DNA of 63,982 nt, filler included, from Candidatus Fermentibacterota bacterium (GCA_016928395.1; 6 parts of 6 records of this genome joined end to end with filler, not necessarily neighbours in it), one strand, 5' to 3'. Shown: positions 29,209-40,218, counted from the whole stretch's first letter. Notes: generated by a model from the letters alone, not told the origin. Numbers and translations: made by a program.

Positions 29209-30132
29209 GTGAAGGCTTTGTCCGCTTTCGTGACGGTAGTGCTCGCCGTCGGGCTGGTCGCCCACAGCCGGGCCAGCGAGATGTCCATCGAACCGGGAGA
29301 CGTGCTTTCCATCACCGTGCAGGGCCAAGACGCATATACCAGAGTCGTCACGGTGAACTCCAAGGGAATGATCGAATACCCGTTCATGAGCAATGTGCCG
29401 GTCTCGGGGATGTCGACGGGGCAGCTATCCGAGTTCATTACGTACAAGCTTGCCAGCGTGGTGCCGCGACCCGTGGTGCTGATCTCCATACCTCAAGCCT
29501 ACATGATCCAGGTGAGCGTCCTGGGTCAGGTGAACAACCCCGGAGTTGTGCAGCTCTCGACACAGTCATCGGTACAGGAAGCCATTCAAAAGGCCGGGGG
29601 CGGGACGGGCATGGCCCGGCTGGACGGCATAAAGATCGTCCGGGAAGTCGAGGGAAACATACGCACGCAGATCGTGAACCTGCAGGAGTTCATGGCCACG
29701 GGCGACCCGAATCTGTTGTATCCCCTTCGAGATGGTGACAAGCTCATTGTGCCGGGAACGATCCAGGGCAACCGTGTGAACATCATGGGTGCGGTGGCGA
29801 CCCCCGGCTTCTACTATATCTTCGAGAATGTCAGACTCCTTGACGTGATTACCAGGGCCGGCGGGTTCACCCCCAACGCGAAGAAGAACCAGGTCTGGAT
29901 TGTGTCGACGACTTCGGGGGAATCGATCAGGCGCGCCGTCAACGTCGACAAGTTCTTTAAGAGGGGCGATGCCGAATCCAATCCCGAGGTGTATGCCGGG
30001 GACAGCATCTTCGTCCCCGAGAAGGCCGAGGCTGTATTGAGCTGGGCGGGATTCGTCCAGTATGCCCGCGATATCACCCAGCTCCTCATCATCTACCTCA
30101 CCATAGTGCAGATTGAGCGCTACAGTGACTAG
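29209..30132 (+). CDS. Polysaccharide export protein (Wza/OPX family, SLBB domains)
   Basis: IEPGDVLSITV, G.IEYP, VSVLGQVNNPG, AGG, GD.L.VP repeated; C-terminal helix. Confidence 0.88.
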   Translation: MKALSAFVTVVLAVGLVAHSRASEMSIEPGDVLSITVQGQDAYTRVVTVNSKGMIEYPFMSNVPVSGMSTGQLSEFITYKLASVVPRPVVLISIPQAYMIQVSVLGQVNNPGVVQLSTQSSVQEAIQKAGGGTGMARLDGIKIVREVEGNIRTQIVNLQEFMATGDPNLLYPLRDGDKLIVPGTIQGNRVNIMGAVATPGFYYIFENVRLLDVITRAGGFTPNAKKNQVWIVSTTSGESIRRAVNVDKFFKRGDAESNPEVYAGDSIFVPEKAEAVLSWAGFVQYARDITQLLIIYLTIVQIERYSD

Positions 30133-30199
30133 CGGACGCAACCGTGTGACATCGCCGGTGCTGTGCAGCCGGCGGGGCCGAGAACCGCGAGGGTAAGCA

Positions 30200-32398
30200 G
30201 TGCAGCCACAGGAGACCAAGTATCAAGACTATGTCGACCTCCTCTTCCGGCGGAAAGGTGTGGTCATTACTGCCTTCCTCGTCGTGCTGGGAGTCACCTC
30301 ATATTTCGCGCTCACCAAGGCCGACGTGTACCAAAGTACGACCGAGATCCTGATCGACATTCCCGAGATCCAGGCAAGTCCATGGGAGCTCGCCATCGGC
30401 GGCAAGAAGGTCCGGTCCATTGATTTCTACCGGGCCATCCTTGAGAGTCAGCCATTTCTGAAGAAGGTCGCCCAGAAGGCCTACGAGGATGAGCTTTCCA
30501 GTGAGACATCCAACCTCACCTTGGACGCTGCGCTGTACCGGGTCGTCGGGAGGATCGGCTTCACTCCACAACGGCACGAGGGGTTCTACAGCCTCTCTGC
30601 CATCGCCAACGATCCCGACGAGGCCTTTGCGCTGGCTGACGCCGCCAAGGATATCTTCCAGGAGCAGTGCGATGTACTGGTGCGCCAGGATTCCCAGAAG
30701 CTGGTCGACTATGTGAGCGATCAGATCGAGGCGGTCAGCGAACAGCTGGCCCAGTCCACTCATGATCTCGAGACATTCCAGCGTCAGCTCGGCGAAGTCC
30801 GGCTGGAGGAAAACCAGACCGTGGTCAGCGAGCTGGCCAGCTACCAGCAGCGTCAGAGCGAGGCCGCCAATCAGAAGGCGACCGTGCGGGGTGAACTAGC
30901 CAGCGTACGCGGCCAGTACTTGGCGCTGGATGCACGGATAAGGCCCAGTGGCCCCACCGGCAACACACGCCTGTCCCAGCTGCAAAACCAGCTTGCCCAG
31001 ATCGATACCGATTTGGAGCGACTCCGCCTCACCCGGGAGCCTGATGATCCCGAAGTTCGCCAGTTACGCCGGGACCGCGAGAAGCTATCACGATCCATCG
31101 TGCAGGAGTCAATGTCTGGGGCAAGCAGCGGGTTAAACCCCTCCGCGGTTGCCGCGTGGCAGCAGCTTCAGGAGCGCGTGGGTCAGTTGGAGGCCGAACT
31201 GGACAAGCTAGAGCGGCAGGAACGTTTCTACCGCAACGAGATCGTTCGCTTTCAGCGCGAGCACCCCGATCTTTTCCGTCAAACCATCGAGTTGGCACGG
31301 CTGCGGCGGGTGGTTGACACCCACAACAAGGCCATCAACTTCCTCGTGGAGGAACGCGAGAAGGCTCGCATCAAGGGGGCGACCGAGACGGCGGGCATCA
31401 AGATCATCGACAATCCCCGCAGGCCCGTTGCCCCTCTTCCGTCCCGCACGAAGACCTACATTCTGTTCGGCGCGGTGATCGGTATTCTTCTGGGGGTCGG
31501 TTCAGCGTATGCCTTGGAGTACTTCGACAACTCCATCCGCACCGCCGAAGAGGTCCAGCGGTCCGTGGGCTTGCCGGTTCTGGGAACCATACCCCAGATC
31601 CGAACGGGCAATCGTGCCACGGGAACATATGCGGGCAATGTGTTCGGCATCGGCGAGGGAGCGGGAACCGCCGACGACACGATGAAGATGAGCGAGAAGA
31701 TCATCACCCACTTCGCCCCCAAGGATCCCATCAGCGAGGCGTACCGAACCCTGCGCACCAACATTCAGTTCGCCCGCCTCGACACCCGGATCCGGAGCAT
31801 GCTGGTGTCCAGCGCGGGGCCGAAAGAGGGCAAATCGCTGACTGTCATCAACTTGGCCACCACCTTCGCCCAAATGGGCGAGAAGGTCCTAGTGGTGGAT
31901 GCGGACATGCGGCGTCCGACCCAGCATCACCTGTTTGGTATCGATCGCGATCCAGGGCTGACAACCTTATTGAGCCGACAGGATCTCACGCTTCGCGACA
32001 TCATTCGTACCACCGAGGTGGAGAATCTCTTTGTCATCCCTGGAGGAAGCTCCGCCCCGAATCCCGCCGAGTTGCTGGGATCGGCGCGCATGGAGGCCCT
32101 CATTGCCGAGATGATGGAGGAGTTCGGGATGGTGGTGTTTGACACACCGCCAGTAGTAGCCGTGACTGACGCACCGCTCCTGAGCCGCAAGGTCGACGGC
32201 GTGCTGCTGGTATGCCGGTGGGGCCAGACCGATCGGCAGCTTCTCATGCATGCGGTAGATTTGATGCGCAAGGTGGGCGCCAGCATGGTGGGGGCGGTGA
32301 TGAACAACATCGATGTGTACCACCGGTACGGCTCCTACGGCCACTACTATCACTACTATTACTATAGTAGCGACGCGAAGCCTGGGGTGTCCACGTGA
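30200..32398 (+). CDS. wzc: Wzc-type polysaccharide co-polymerase / BY-kinase
   Basis: Two TMs flanking a coiled coil, SEAYRTLRTNI, Walker A GPKEGKS, VDADMRRP, FDTPP, C-terminal Tyr cluster. Confidence 0.92.
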   Translation: MQPQETKYQDYVDLLFRRKGVVITAFLVVLGVTSYFALTKADVYQSTTEILIDIPEIQASPWELAIGGKKVRSIDFYRAILESQPFLKKVAQKAYEDELSSETSNLTLDAALYRVVGRIGFTPQRHEGFYSLSAIANDPDEAFALADAAKDIFQEQCDVLVRQDSQKLVDYVSDQIEAVSEQLAQSTHDLETFQRQLGEVRLEENQTVVSELASYQQRQSEAANQKATVRGELASVRGQYLALDARIRPSGPTGNTRLSQLQNQLAQIDTDLERLRLTREPDDPEVRQLRRDREKLSRSIVQESMSGASSGLNPSAVAAWQQLQERVGQLEAELDKLERQERFYRNEIVRFQREHPDLFRQTIELARLRRVVDTHNKAINFLVEEREKARIKGATETAGIKIIDNPRRPVAPLPSRTKTYILFGAVIGILLGVGSAYALEYFDNSIRTAEEVQRSVGLPVLGTIPQIRTGNRATGTYAGNVFGIGEGAGTADDTMKMSEKIITHFAPKDPISEAYRTLRTNIQFARLDTRIRSMLVSSAGPKEGKSLTVINLATTFAQMGEKVLVVDADMRRPTQHHLFGIDRDPGLTTLLSRQDLTLRDIIRTTEVENLFVIPGGSSAPNPAELLGSARMEALIAEMMEEFGMVVFDTPPVVAVTDAPLLSRKVDGVLLVCRWGQTDRQLLMHAVDLMRKVGASMVGAVMNNIDVYHRYGSYGHYYHYYYYSSDAKPGVST

Positions 32399-33300
32399 GT
32401 GAAGAGCGTTGGATCCCCGACGGTGTCTCAATACTGATCCCTGCCTTCAATGAGGAAGACGGGATCGGGCCCACCATAGAGAGCGTGCAGCAAGCCCTGA
32501 CACAAATCGACCTCCCCAGCGAGATCATCGTGGTTGACGACGGAAGTACTGATCACACCGTCGAATGCGCCTCCCGGTACGAGGGCGTGCGGATCGTGCG
32601 CCATCGCCGAAACCGTGGCGTAGGGATCTCGCGGAACACCGGCATCCTGGCCGCACGCTTTCAGGCCGTAGGTATGCTGGATGCCGACGGCACCTACGCT
32701 GTGGACTCCCTGCCCGCCTTGGTGGAAGGCCTGGGCGAGCATCACATGACTGTGGGGGCCCGCGTCGGCCGCAATGTCGCCCGCGACTGGGCCCGCATGA
32801 TTCCCAAATGGATTATCCTCAGGCTTGCGTGCTACATCAGCGGCCAGAGAATCCCTGACCTGAACTCCGGCCTCAGGCTCTTCCGCAAGGACTCCGCGCT
32901 GCGCTTCTTCCCCATTCTACCCCGAGGGCACTCCTGGGTATCGACCATTACCCTGGCGATGATGAGTAACGGCATGGACGTGCAGTTCGTTCCGATTGAC
33001 TACTACAAGCGGATTGGCAAGTCCACGTTCCATCCGGTTCGCGATACCTACAACTACATCATGGTAATCGTCAGAACCGTCATGTACTTCGATCCGCTCA
33101 AGGTGTTTTTTCCGGCGGGGCTCGTTCTTCTTCTCGCAGGTATCGCCAAGCTCGTGTTCGATCTTGTGAAGTTCAACGACATCAAGGAGAGCGACGTCAT
33201 CCTCATCGTCGCCGCGCTCTTGGTGCTGTTCCAGGGCCTTCTGGCCGATCTCATCGTGGCGAGGACAAAACTCCGAGTGGGTGAGGGAGGGACTCGCTGA
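32395..33300 (+). CDS. GT2 glycosyltransferase (polyprenol-P glycosyltransferase-like)
   Basis: SILIPAFNEE, VVDDGSTD, DADG, DLNSG; two C-terminal TMs. Confidence 0.9.
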   Translation: MSEERWIPDGVSILIPAFNEEDGIGPTIESVQQALTQIDLPSEIIVVDDGSTDHTVECASRYEGVRIVRHRRNRGVGISRNTGILAARFQAVGMLDADGTYAVDSLPALVEGLGEHHMTVGARVGRNVARDWARMIPKWIILRLACYISGQRIPDLNSGLRLFRKDSALRFFPILPRGHSWVSTITLAMMSNGMDVQFVPIDYYKRIGKSTFHPVRDTYNYIMVIVRTVMYFDPLKVFFPAGLVLLLAGIAKLVFDLVKFNDIKESDVILIVAALLVLFQGLLADLIVARTKLRVGEGGTR

Positions 33301-34424
33301 TGGCAACAGTCTTGGTGACTGGAGGCGCCGGATTCATCGGCTCCCACATCGTCGACGCACTCATTGCCCGGGGCCACCAGGTCCGGGTGTTGGACAGTCT
33401 TGCGCCCCAAGTACACGGCTCGTCCGCCGCGCCTCCCGCCTACCTGAACCCCGCGGCGGTGTTCTACCGGGGCCGTATCGAGGATCATGAGGCCCTGTCG
33501 GCCGCACTGCCGGGAGTTGACGTGGTGTTCCATGAGGCCGCCATCGTCGGAGTTGGGCAATCCATGTACGAAGTCCAGCGATATGTGGATGGCAATACCG
33601 GGGCCACTGCGGCATTCCTGGACTACCTTGTGCATCACCCGGAGGTCCGCCCCAAGAAGTTGGTGGTAGCCTCGTCCATGTCGATCTACGGAGAGGGCGC
33701 GTATGTGGACAGTGCCGGTATGCCGCTCTACCCTCGTCTGAGATCCCGGTCGCAGCTTGAGACCCGGGCATGGGAGGTCGTGGACGAGAGGGGCCTCGAG
33801 GCGACACCCTCCCCAACTTCCGAAGATAAGCCACTGTACCCCACGTCAATTTACGCGATAACGAAACGCGACCACGAGGAGATGTGCTTAGCCGTCGGAT
33901 ACGCCTACCGGATACCCACCGTCGCGCTTCGGTACTTCAATGTCTACGGCCCTCGCCAGGCCCTCTCCAACCCCTACACAGGCGTCGGGGCAATCTTCAG
34001 CGCCCGGCTCCTCAACAATAAGCCGCCCTTGGTTTTTGAGGATGGCCGTCAGACCCGCGATTTCGTCCATGTGTCTGACATCGTCCAGGCCAACCTCCGT
34101 GCCATGGAGACCGACGCTGCCGACTACCTCGCCGTGAATGTAGGCACCGGCACTCCCACCTCGGTGCTCCAGGTGGCATCCCTTCTGGCAGATCATCTGG
34201 GCTATGAAGGCACGCCGGTAGTCCTGGGGAAGTTCCGGGAAGGCGACATCCGGCATTGCTTTGCCGATATCTCACGAGCCCGGCATCTGCTCGGTTACGC
34301 TCCTTTGGTATCCATGAGCGGGGGAATACCCGAGCTGGTCCGATGGGTGAGCTCGCAGGAGGGTGTGATGGACCATACGGATCACGCCGCAGATGAGCTG
34401 AGGAAGTGGGGGTTGACGGAGTAG
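33300..34424 (+). CDS. NAD-dependent nucleotide-sugar epimerase/dehydratase
   Basis: TGGAGFIG, ASSMSIYG, YAITK, LRYFNVYG, RDFVHV. Confidence 0.92.
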   Translation: MATVLVTGGAGFIGSHIVDALIARGHQVRVLDSLAPQVHGSSAAPPAYLNPAAVFYRGRIEDHEALSAALPGVDVVFHEAAIVGVGQSMYEVQRYVDGNTGATAAFLDYLVHHPEVRPKKLVVASSMSIYGEGAYVDSAGMPLYPRLRSRSQLETRAWEVVDERGLEATPSPTSEDKPLYPTSIYAITKRDHEEMCLAVGYAYRIPTVALRYFNVYGPRQALSNPYTGVGAIFSARLLNNKPPLVFEDGRQTRDFVHVSDIVQANLRAMETDAADYLAVNVGTGTPTSVLQVASLLADHLGYEGTPVVLGKFREGDIRHCFADISRARHLLGYAPLVSMSGGIPELVRWVSSQEGVMDHTDHAADELRKWGLTE

Positions 34425-35620
34425 ACGGCGGCCGACCCTTGCGGGTAGTCTTTTTCGGAAGCTACGACACCCACCGGCCCCGTTTTCGTATCCTCCGTAG
34501 GGGTCTGTCGCTTTCGGGCGATTCGATTGCCGAATGTCACGCATCGGTCTGGGGAAGCCTCGAAGACCGCAGCCACATACGAACGCCCATCGGCTACCTT
34601 CTCCCAGCAATCAAGTGGTGCTCGGCGCTTCCCCGTTTGATGCGGGCATACCATGCGCTGCCTCCCCACGATGTCGTCCTCGTGCCGTATTTGGGACCCG
34701 GCGATGCTGTCATCGCCAAGCATGTAGCCCGCCGGAGCCGCGTACCGGTCGTGTACGATCCGTATGTGTCCCTGTATGAAACGGTCATCGGTGACCGGCA
34801 GATGGCCGGACCGCGCAGCGTCACAGGTCGTGCAGTCAGGATGCTGGACGTATGGGCCTTTCGCGCCGCCGACGCCATTCTGGTCGACACTTCCTCTCAT
34901 GGCAATCTCATGGCCGAGCAGCTGGATCTACCGATGCCTCGCCGCTTCGTGGTGCCGGTGGGCGCCGAGTCGGAGGTCTTCACCCGAAGCCCGCTGCCGC
35001 CACGGAGCCACCTTCACCGCGTCCTCTTCTACGGCTCGATGATCCCACTCCACGGCATCGAGACCATCATCCGGGCCATCAGGGAGCTGGGGGACAGCCT
35101 GACCAGATTCACCTTGATCGGAACGGGCCAGGAGTATGCCAAAGCCAGGGCCCTGGCCAAGGAGTTATCCGCCGACCGCTCGATTGACTGGGTGGACCGG
35201 GTGACCTACGGACGGTTGCCTGGGGAAATCGAACAGGCAGATGTCTGTCTTGGCATTTTCGGTGGCTCACGGAAGGCGCACTCTGTGGTGCCCAACAAGG
35301 TGTTCCAGGCCCTGGCCTGCGGACGACCCGTGATCACGGCGGATACCCCCGCCATACGGGAATGGTTCACCGACGGGGAAGACTGTATCTTGGTGCCACC
35401 TGGCGACCATCGTGGGCTGGCCTATGCTATCGGCCGAGTCTTGGCTGACAGCACGCTGCAGGAGCAACTCGCCCAGAAGGGATACGAGCTATTCACGCGC
35501 GCCTTCGCGCCGACGGCCGTCGGCGCTACGGCCCATAGAGCCCTGGAAGCGGTCGTGTCAGGCCACCGGCCTGCCTCCCCGGATTGCCCTGGTGAACAGG
35601 GTGGAACGCAGGAGAGGTGA
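34406..35620 (+). CDS. GT4 glycosyltransferase
   Basis: FYGSMIPLHG, ADVCLGIF, PNKVFQALACGRPVIT; start uncertain. Confidence 0.85.
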   Translation: MGVDGVDGGRPLRVVFFGSYDTHRPRFRILRRGLSLSGDSIAECHASVWGSLEDRSHIRTPIGYLLPAIKWCSALPRLMRAYHALPPHDVVLVPYLGPGDAVIAKHVARRSRVPVVYDPYVSLYETVIGDRQMAGPRSVTGRAVRMLDVWAFRAADAILVDTSSHGNLMAEQLDLPMPRRFVVPVGAESEVFTRSPLPPRSHLHRVLFYGSMIPLHGIETIIRAIRELGDSLTRFTLIGTGQEYAKARALAKELSADRSIDWVDRVTYGRLPGEIEQADVCLGIFGGSRKAHSVVPNKVFQALACGRPVITADTPAIREWFTDGEDCILVPPGDHRGLAYAIGRVLADSTLQEQLAQKGYELFTRAFAPTAVGATAHRALEAVVSGHRPASPDCPGEQGGTQER

Positions 35621-35816
35621 CGCGGTGTACCATGAAGACGGCATGTCGCCATGTGTAGCTTCCAAAGGGCGACCTCAGGAAAGTACTCCCAGGGCCGTGC
35701 CCCCGTTCCTTCAATGGGTACGGCAGGCCCAATTGAAGATAGTGCTTCAGCGCACCCGGTGCCTGCGTCTCGGTGCGGCGTTCCCGAACCGTCCTGATTC
35801 CTCAAGGAGGGACGAT

Positions 35817-36932
35817 ATGAGACCTATGTTTGCTGCGTTGCTCCTCTTGGCCGTCATGACGGCTCCAGCTCATGCGTACGATCACAAGTATGCGGCCGAG
35901 TTCTTGAACATCGGGGTGGGTGCCCGGGCAGGCGCCATGGGAGGCGCTTTCAGCGCGGTGGCCGATGATGCATCAGCCGGCTACTGGAATCCTGCCGGTT
36001 TGCGGCTTCTCCCGCGCACGCAAATAGGTATCATGCACTCCGCCCAGTTCGGCAATGAGATCAAGTATGACTATCTCGTGTTCGGTTCGCCCGGCCAGGG
36101 CGAATCCTTCGGCGTCAGCCTCATTCGCATGGGCATCGACGACATTCCGTATACTGACCACGCCTTCAACGATTGGGGACGTGACAACCTTCCGCCGGGC
36201 TCAGCCGGCGATGATCCCACAGATGAAACCCAGGGCAACGGACAGTGGGACCCGTATGATCCTCTCTATCCGAATCTCCCCGGTGAAGGCATCGACGAGA
36301 GCGCCATAGCATACAAGAGCGATGTGGAGATGGCGCTTCTGGTGAGCTATGCCAAGACCATGGGGGCATTGAGCGTGGGGGCAAATGCCAAGTTGGTGAG
36401 GCAGGGTATCGGTGACGCCAACCTCCTAGGCCTCGGTGGTGATGACAGTATGTTCGGATTCGGCGTGGACGTGGGCGCCCTCTATCAGGTACGTCCTTGG
36501 TGGCGCGCCGCAGGCGTCCTTCGTGACGCTGTGGGGACTCTCCTGGTGTGGAACAATGGAACGCGCAATACCAAGACACCGACTCTCACGCTGGGCAATG
36601 CGTTCCTTGCGTCTGCTGCGAGCCGACAACTGATGCTGATCGCGGCGGTGGATGTCGATCTTCGATTCGAGAACCGTCAGACGGCCAGCCAGTTCTCCAG
36701 CGGCGCCCTGAGCGCCGACCTTCGCGTTGGAGCCGAGGCGATGTATCGAGAGGCCATCGCGTTGCGTGCCGGACTGCAGCCGTCATCAAAGGACAGCGAG
36801 CCCTATGGGAGAGCATGGGATCTCACTTTGGGCGCGGGGCTTGCGTTCCGTGGCCTCATGCTGGATTACGCCTTCACCCAGCACCCCGTGTTCGATCAGA
36901 CCCACAAGGTCTCTCTGGGGCTTCACTTGTAG
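35817..36932 (+). CDS. Second PorV/PorQ-family beta-barrel with an acidic loop insertion
   Basis: AAGGAGG RBS; KYAAEFLNIGVGARAGAMG, DDASAGYWNPAGL, GVDVG, LRAG, LDYAF, HKVSL. Confidence 0.85.
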   Translation: MRPMFAALLLLAVMTAPAHAYDHKYAAEFLNIGVGARAGAMGGAFSAVADDASAGYWNPAGLRLLPRTQIGIMHSAQFGNEIKYDYLVFGSPGQGESFGVSLIRMGIDDIPYTDHAFNDWGRDNLPPGSAGDDPTDETQGNGQWDPYDPLYPNLPGEGIDESAIAYKSDVEMALLVSYAKTMGALSVGANAKLVRQGIGDANLLGLGGDDSMFGFGVDVGALYQVRPWWRAAGVLRDAVGTLLVWNNGTRNTKTPTLTLGNAFLASAASRQLMLIAAVDVDLRFENRQTASQFSSGALSADLRVGAEAMYREAIALRAGLQPSSKDSEPYGRAWDLTLGAGLAFRGLMLDYAFTQHPVFDQTHKVSLGLHL

Positions 36933-36962
36933 ATTCGCCCGGTGGCGGGCAAGGAGTACTGA

Positions 36963-38303
36963 ATGACGATGGCGCGAAGGGCAGGAGGAGGGATCGTCGT
37001 GATCGGCATCGACGGCGTTCCCCGCACACTCGTGCGAAGACTGATTGATGAAGGGGTGATGCCGTGCATGAAGGCCCTGATGGGTGGCCGCGAACCCGCA
37101 GAACTGCACAGCGTTTATCCCACAGTATCATCCGCCGCGTGGACGAGTTTTATGACAGGGCTGCAGCCGCCGCGCCACGGGATCATGGGGTTCGTCAATA
37201 AGACCCAGGGAGGATACGGCATCGTGTTCCCGCGGCGGGAGCATATCCGCGGACCTTTGCTTCAGGAAATCGTGAGCACGGCAGGAGGATCGGTGTTCTC
37301 CATGGGGGTGCCGGTAACCTATCCCCCCATGGAACTTCACGGCGTGGTGATCTCCTGTTTCCTGTCTCCCGGCCTTGACAAGGCCGTGTGGCCCCCCGAG
37401 GAACTCCGCACGCTGCGGGATCTTGGCTATGTGATAGACCCGGATCCTCTCGTGGCCCACCAGGACCGCGCCCGGTTCATGGAACTTGTGCTGCTGGGGC
37501 TCCAGAAGCGTATCGACACCATCAAATACTACTTCCGCCGTCAGAACTGGGATCTTTTCTTGGCCCATGTCATGGAAACCGATCGTCTACATCACTTCTT
37601 CTGGCGTGACTACGCGGATCCTTCTGCTCCATTTCACTCCGATTTCTTCCGGTTCTATCGCGAGCTGGACCGTCTCTTCGGTTGGCTGGGAGATGAACTG
37701 GGAGACTCCAAGAGACTTGTCGTATTGTCCGACCACGGCTTCTGCGGGTTGGACTGGGAAGTCAACGTGGGCAAGTGGATGGTCCAGCAGGGCCTCACTG
37801 AGCTTCGCGCACAGACTCCCGGACCGCCGCTGGCCAATATCGAGTGGAGCAGAACCACACTCTATAGCATGATACCCGGGCGCGTATGGGTGAATCAACA
37901 AGGCCGCGAGCCCGAAGGGATCGTGGCACCGGCCGACGTTGGTGCCGTGCTGGATGGGTTGCGTCAGGAGGCCATGGCGTGGCGTGATCCCCACGGGGTG
38001 CCGGTCTTGGAGAAAGTGCTGATACGAGAGGAGATCCCTGGGTTCACCCCGGGCCTCGATGCACCCGATGCATTGTTGGTCCCGCGGCGGGGGATGGATC
38101 TGAAGGATGGGGTGCTTCGCCCGGACGTGTTCGAGCGCAAGGTGCTGAGCGGCATGCACACCTATGACGACGCCCTGCTGTTTTTCGGGCCAGCCCCGAT
38201 CCGGGCCGATCGTACGCCGTGGATCGGCGACATGGCGCCGACCTTGCTTTCCGTCAGCGGGCTGGACGTCCCGGTAGGCCTCGACGGCGTTTCGCTTGTC
38301 TGA
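36963..38303 (+). CDS. Alkaline phosphatase superfamily (NPP/type I phosphodiesterase-like) protein
   Basis: IGIDG, SVYPTVSSAAWTSFMTG, TDRLHH, LSDHGF, GMH, DMAPT. Confidence 0.85.
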   Translation: MTMARRAGGGIVVIGIDGVPRTLVRRLIDEGVMPCMKALMGGREPAELHSVYPTVSSAAWTSFMTGLQPPRHGIMGFVNKTQGGYGIVFPRREHIRGPLLQEIVSTAGGSVFSMGVPVTYPPMELHGVVISCFLSPGLDKAVWPPEELRTLRDLGYVIDPDPLVAHQDRARFMELVLLGLQKRIDTIKYYFRRQNWDLFLAHVMETDRLHHFFWRDYADPSAPFHSDFFRFYRELDRLFGWLGDELGDSKRLVVLSDHGFCGLDWEVNVGKWMVQQGLTELRAQTPGPPLANIEWSRTTLYSMIPGRVWVNQQGREPEGIVAPADVGAVLDGLRQEAMAWRDPHGVPVLEKVLIREEIPGFTPGLDAPDALLVPRRGMDLKDGVLRPDVFERKVLSGMHTYDDALLFFGPAPIRADRTPWIGDMAPTLLSVSGLDVPVGLDGVSLV

Positions 38304-38331
38304 TCTTCCACCTCGTACAAGGAGCCCCGGC

Positions 38332-39978
38332 ATGGCATCCAAGTGCATCCTTCTGGGCCTCGATGGCGCCACCTACGACCTTCTGGATCCGTGGATGGAG
38401 GAAGGAATCCTTCCTCATCTGAAGTCACTTCTCTCCCGGGGCGCCAAGGGCGTGCTCCGTTCGACCGACCCTCCGACGACCCCCCCAGCATGGACATCGG
38501 TTCTCACGGGCGTCAATCCTGGCAAGCATGGCATCTTCGACTTCCGTGATTCCTATCACCGCGACCCACGTCGGCCTCTGGTGAGTTCCCGCAGTATGAG
38601 AGCGCCGCGGATCTGGCAGATCCTGAACGCCGCGGGGCTTCGCGCGGCCATCATGAACGTGCCCATTACCTTTCCCCCCGAACCGTTGGATGGGTTCATG
38701 ATCTCGGGCATGATGACCCCCAACGATGAGGCCGACTACACCTATCCGGCCGAACTCAAGAGCCGCCTGAACGATATGGTCGGCCACTACGTGGTTGATG
38801 TGGACATACCCCGCTATGACGTGGAAATCTGGAGCGACGCCGTCGTATTCTTCGATGACGTGGAGCGCGCCTTCACGAGACGATCCCAGGCGTTCCTGCG
38901 GCTTCTGGAGGAAGAGCAATGGGATTTTTTTATGGTGGTCTTCGTCGTCCTTGATCGCATCCAACACCTGTTCTGGAAGTACATGGTGCCGGAGTTCGAC
39001 CACTACCATACGGAACTTGGCGCGCGGGTCCGTGAACGGGTGCGGGCAATATACACAAAGGTGGATGAGACCATAGGCGCCGTCATGGATCGGCTGGATA
39101 GTTCTACGACTCTGCTGCTCTGTTCCGATCACGGCTTTGGCGGCACCAAGGCTTGGTTCAATGTAAACCGGTGGCTAGAGCGGGAGGGATTCCTGACTCT
39201 CGTGCCGTCGGTCCGGTGGAAGAAACGCCTCTTCTACACACTGATGTCGTGGAACGACTCGCCCTTAGTGAAGGCTTTGGTGCCCAAGTCACTGCAGAGC
39301 ATGGTCAGGGGCCACATCCGCGCCGGTCGCTCCACCTTCAAGACCGATGTCTTGGCCACGGTAAACTGGGCGCGGACCACCGCCTTCTTCGCCAGTATCC
39401 CCAGCCAAGGCATCTATATCAACCGGGAGCTGGTGCCCGAGGGCAAGCGGGAGGCCCTCCGCACGCGTATCCGCCAGCGTCTTCTGGCACTAGAGGACCC
39501 CTCCACCGGGCGGCCCTTTATCGATCGAGTCATGTTTCCGGAAGAGATCTATCAAGGTCCAGAGACTGCCTACGCCCCGGACATTCTGTTCGTCGCCCAA
39601 GACTATGGCTATTTGGGACGGCAGCTCTTCGGCACGTCGGCCGTCATCGAGACGAGCCTTCATACTCCCAATGGCTTCCACCGGATCAGCGGCATCTTCG
39701 GCGCCTATGGCCCGCACATCGTTGCCGGAACTGCCGTAGACGGCGCGGAGATACATGACATCACCGCCACGGTGCTCTATTCCATGGGAGAGCCGATACC
39801 GCCGTACATGGATGGAAAGGTACTCTCAGACATCTTCACGCCCGAGCACCGTCATGCGCACCCGATACGCAGGGGAAGTAACGCCCAGTACGAAACGGGG
39901 GATCGCGCCCACGAGTACTCGGACAATGAGCAACAGGAGCTGGAGGAGAGGCTCAGGAGTCTGGGCTACCTGGGCTGA
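38332..39978 (+). CDS. Alkaline phosphatase superfamily (NPP-like) protein with LRxLGY tail
   Basis: LGLDGAT, STDPPTTPPAWTS..TG.NPGKHG, DRIQH, SDHGF, NGFH, EERLRSLGYLG. Confidence 0.88.
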   Translation: MASKCILLGLDGATYDLLDPWMEEGILPHLKSLLSRGAKGVLRSTDPPTTPPAWTSVLTGVNPGKHGIFDFRDSYHRDPRRPLVSSRSMRAPRIWQILNAAGLRAAIMNVPITFPPEPLDGFMISGMMTPNDEADYTYPAELKSRLNDMVGHYVVDVDIPRYDVEIWSDAVVFFDDVERAFTRRSQAFLRLLEEEQWDFFMVVFVVLDRIQHLFWKYMVPEFDHYHTELGARVRERVRAIYTKVDETIGAVMDRLDSSTTLLLCSDHGFGGTKAWFNVNRWLEREGFLTLVPSVRWKKRLFYTLMSWNDSPLVKALVPKSLQSMVRGHIRAGRSTFKTDVLATVNWARTTAFFASIPSQGIYINRELVPEGKREALRTRIRQRLLALEDPSTGRPFIDRVMFPEEIYQGPETAYAPDILFVAQDYGYLGRQLFGTSAVIETSLHTPNGFHRISGIFGAYGPHIVAGTAVDGAEIHDITATVLYSMGEPIPPYMDGKVLSDIFTPEHRHAHPIRRGSNAQYETGDRAHEYSDNEQQELEERLRSLGYLG

Positions 39979-40218
39979 TACCTGTGCGGCCCGGCTGGCT
40001 GGCCTGGTGATGGCTTACGATCCTTTGCGGGACGGTAGCCCTCTCGGCTCCCGGAATCCGGCGACCCTTGTGCAAGTCTGCCGAAGTCGTTTCTTGCTTT
40101 GATTCCAATTCCTTCAACCGATACTCGGAGGAATATGGCGCCGAGACGCCGCCCGCAGAATCCCCACCTTGGCGCGTGACACGACATCAGCGCCCACCGG
40201 CTCCGAAAGGCTTAACCG

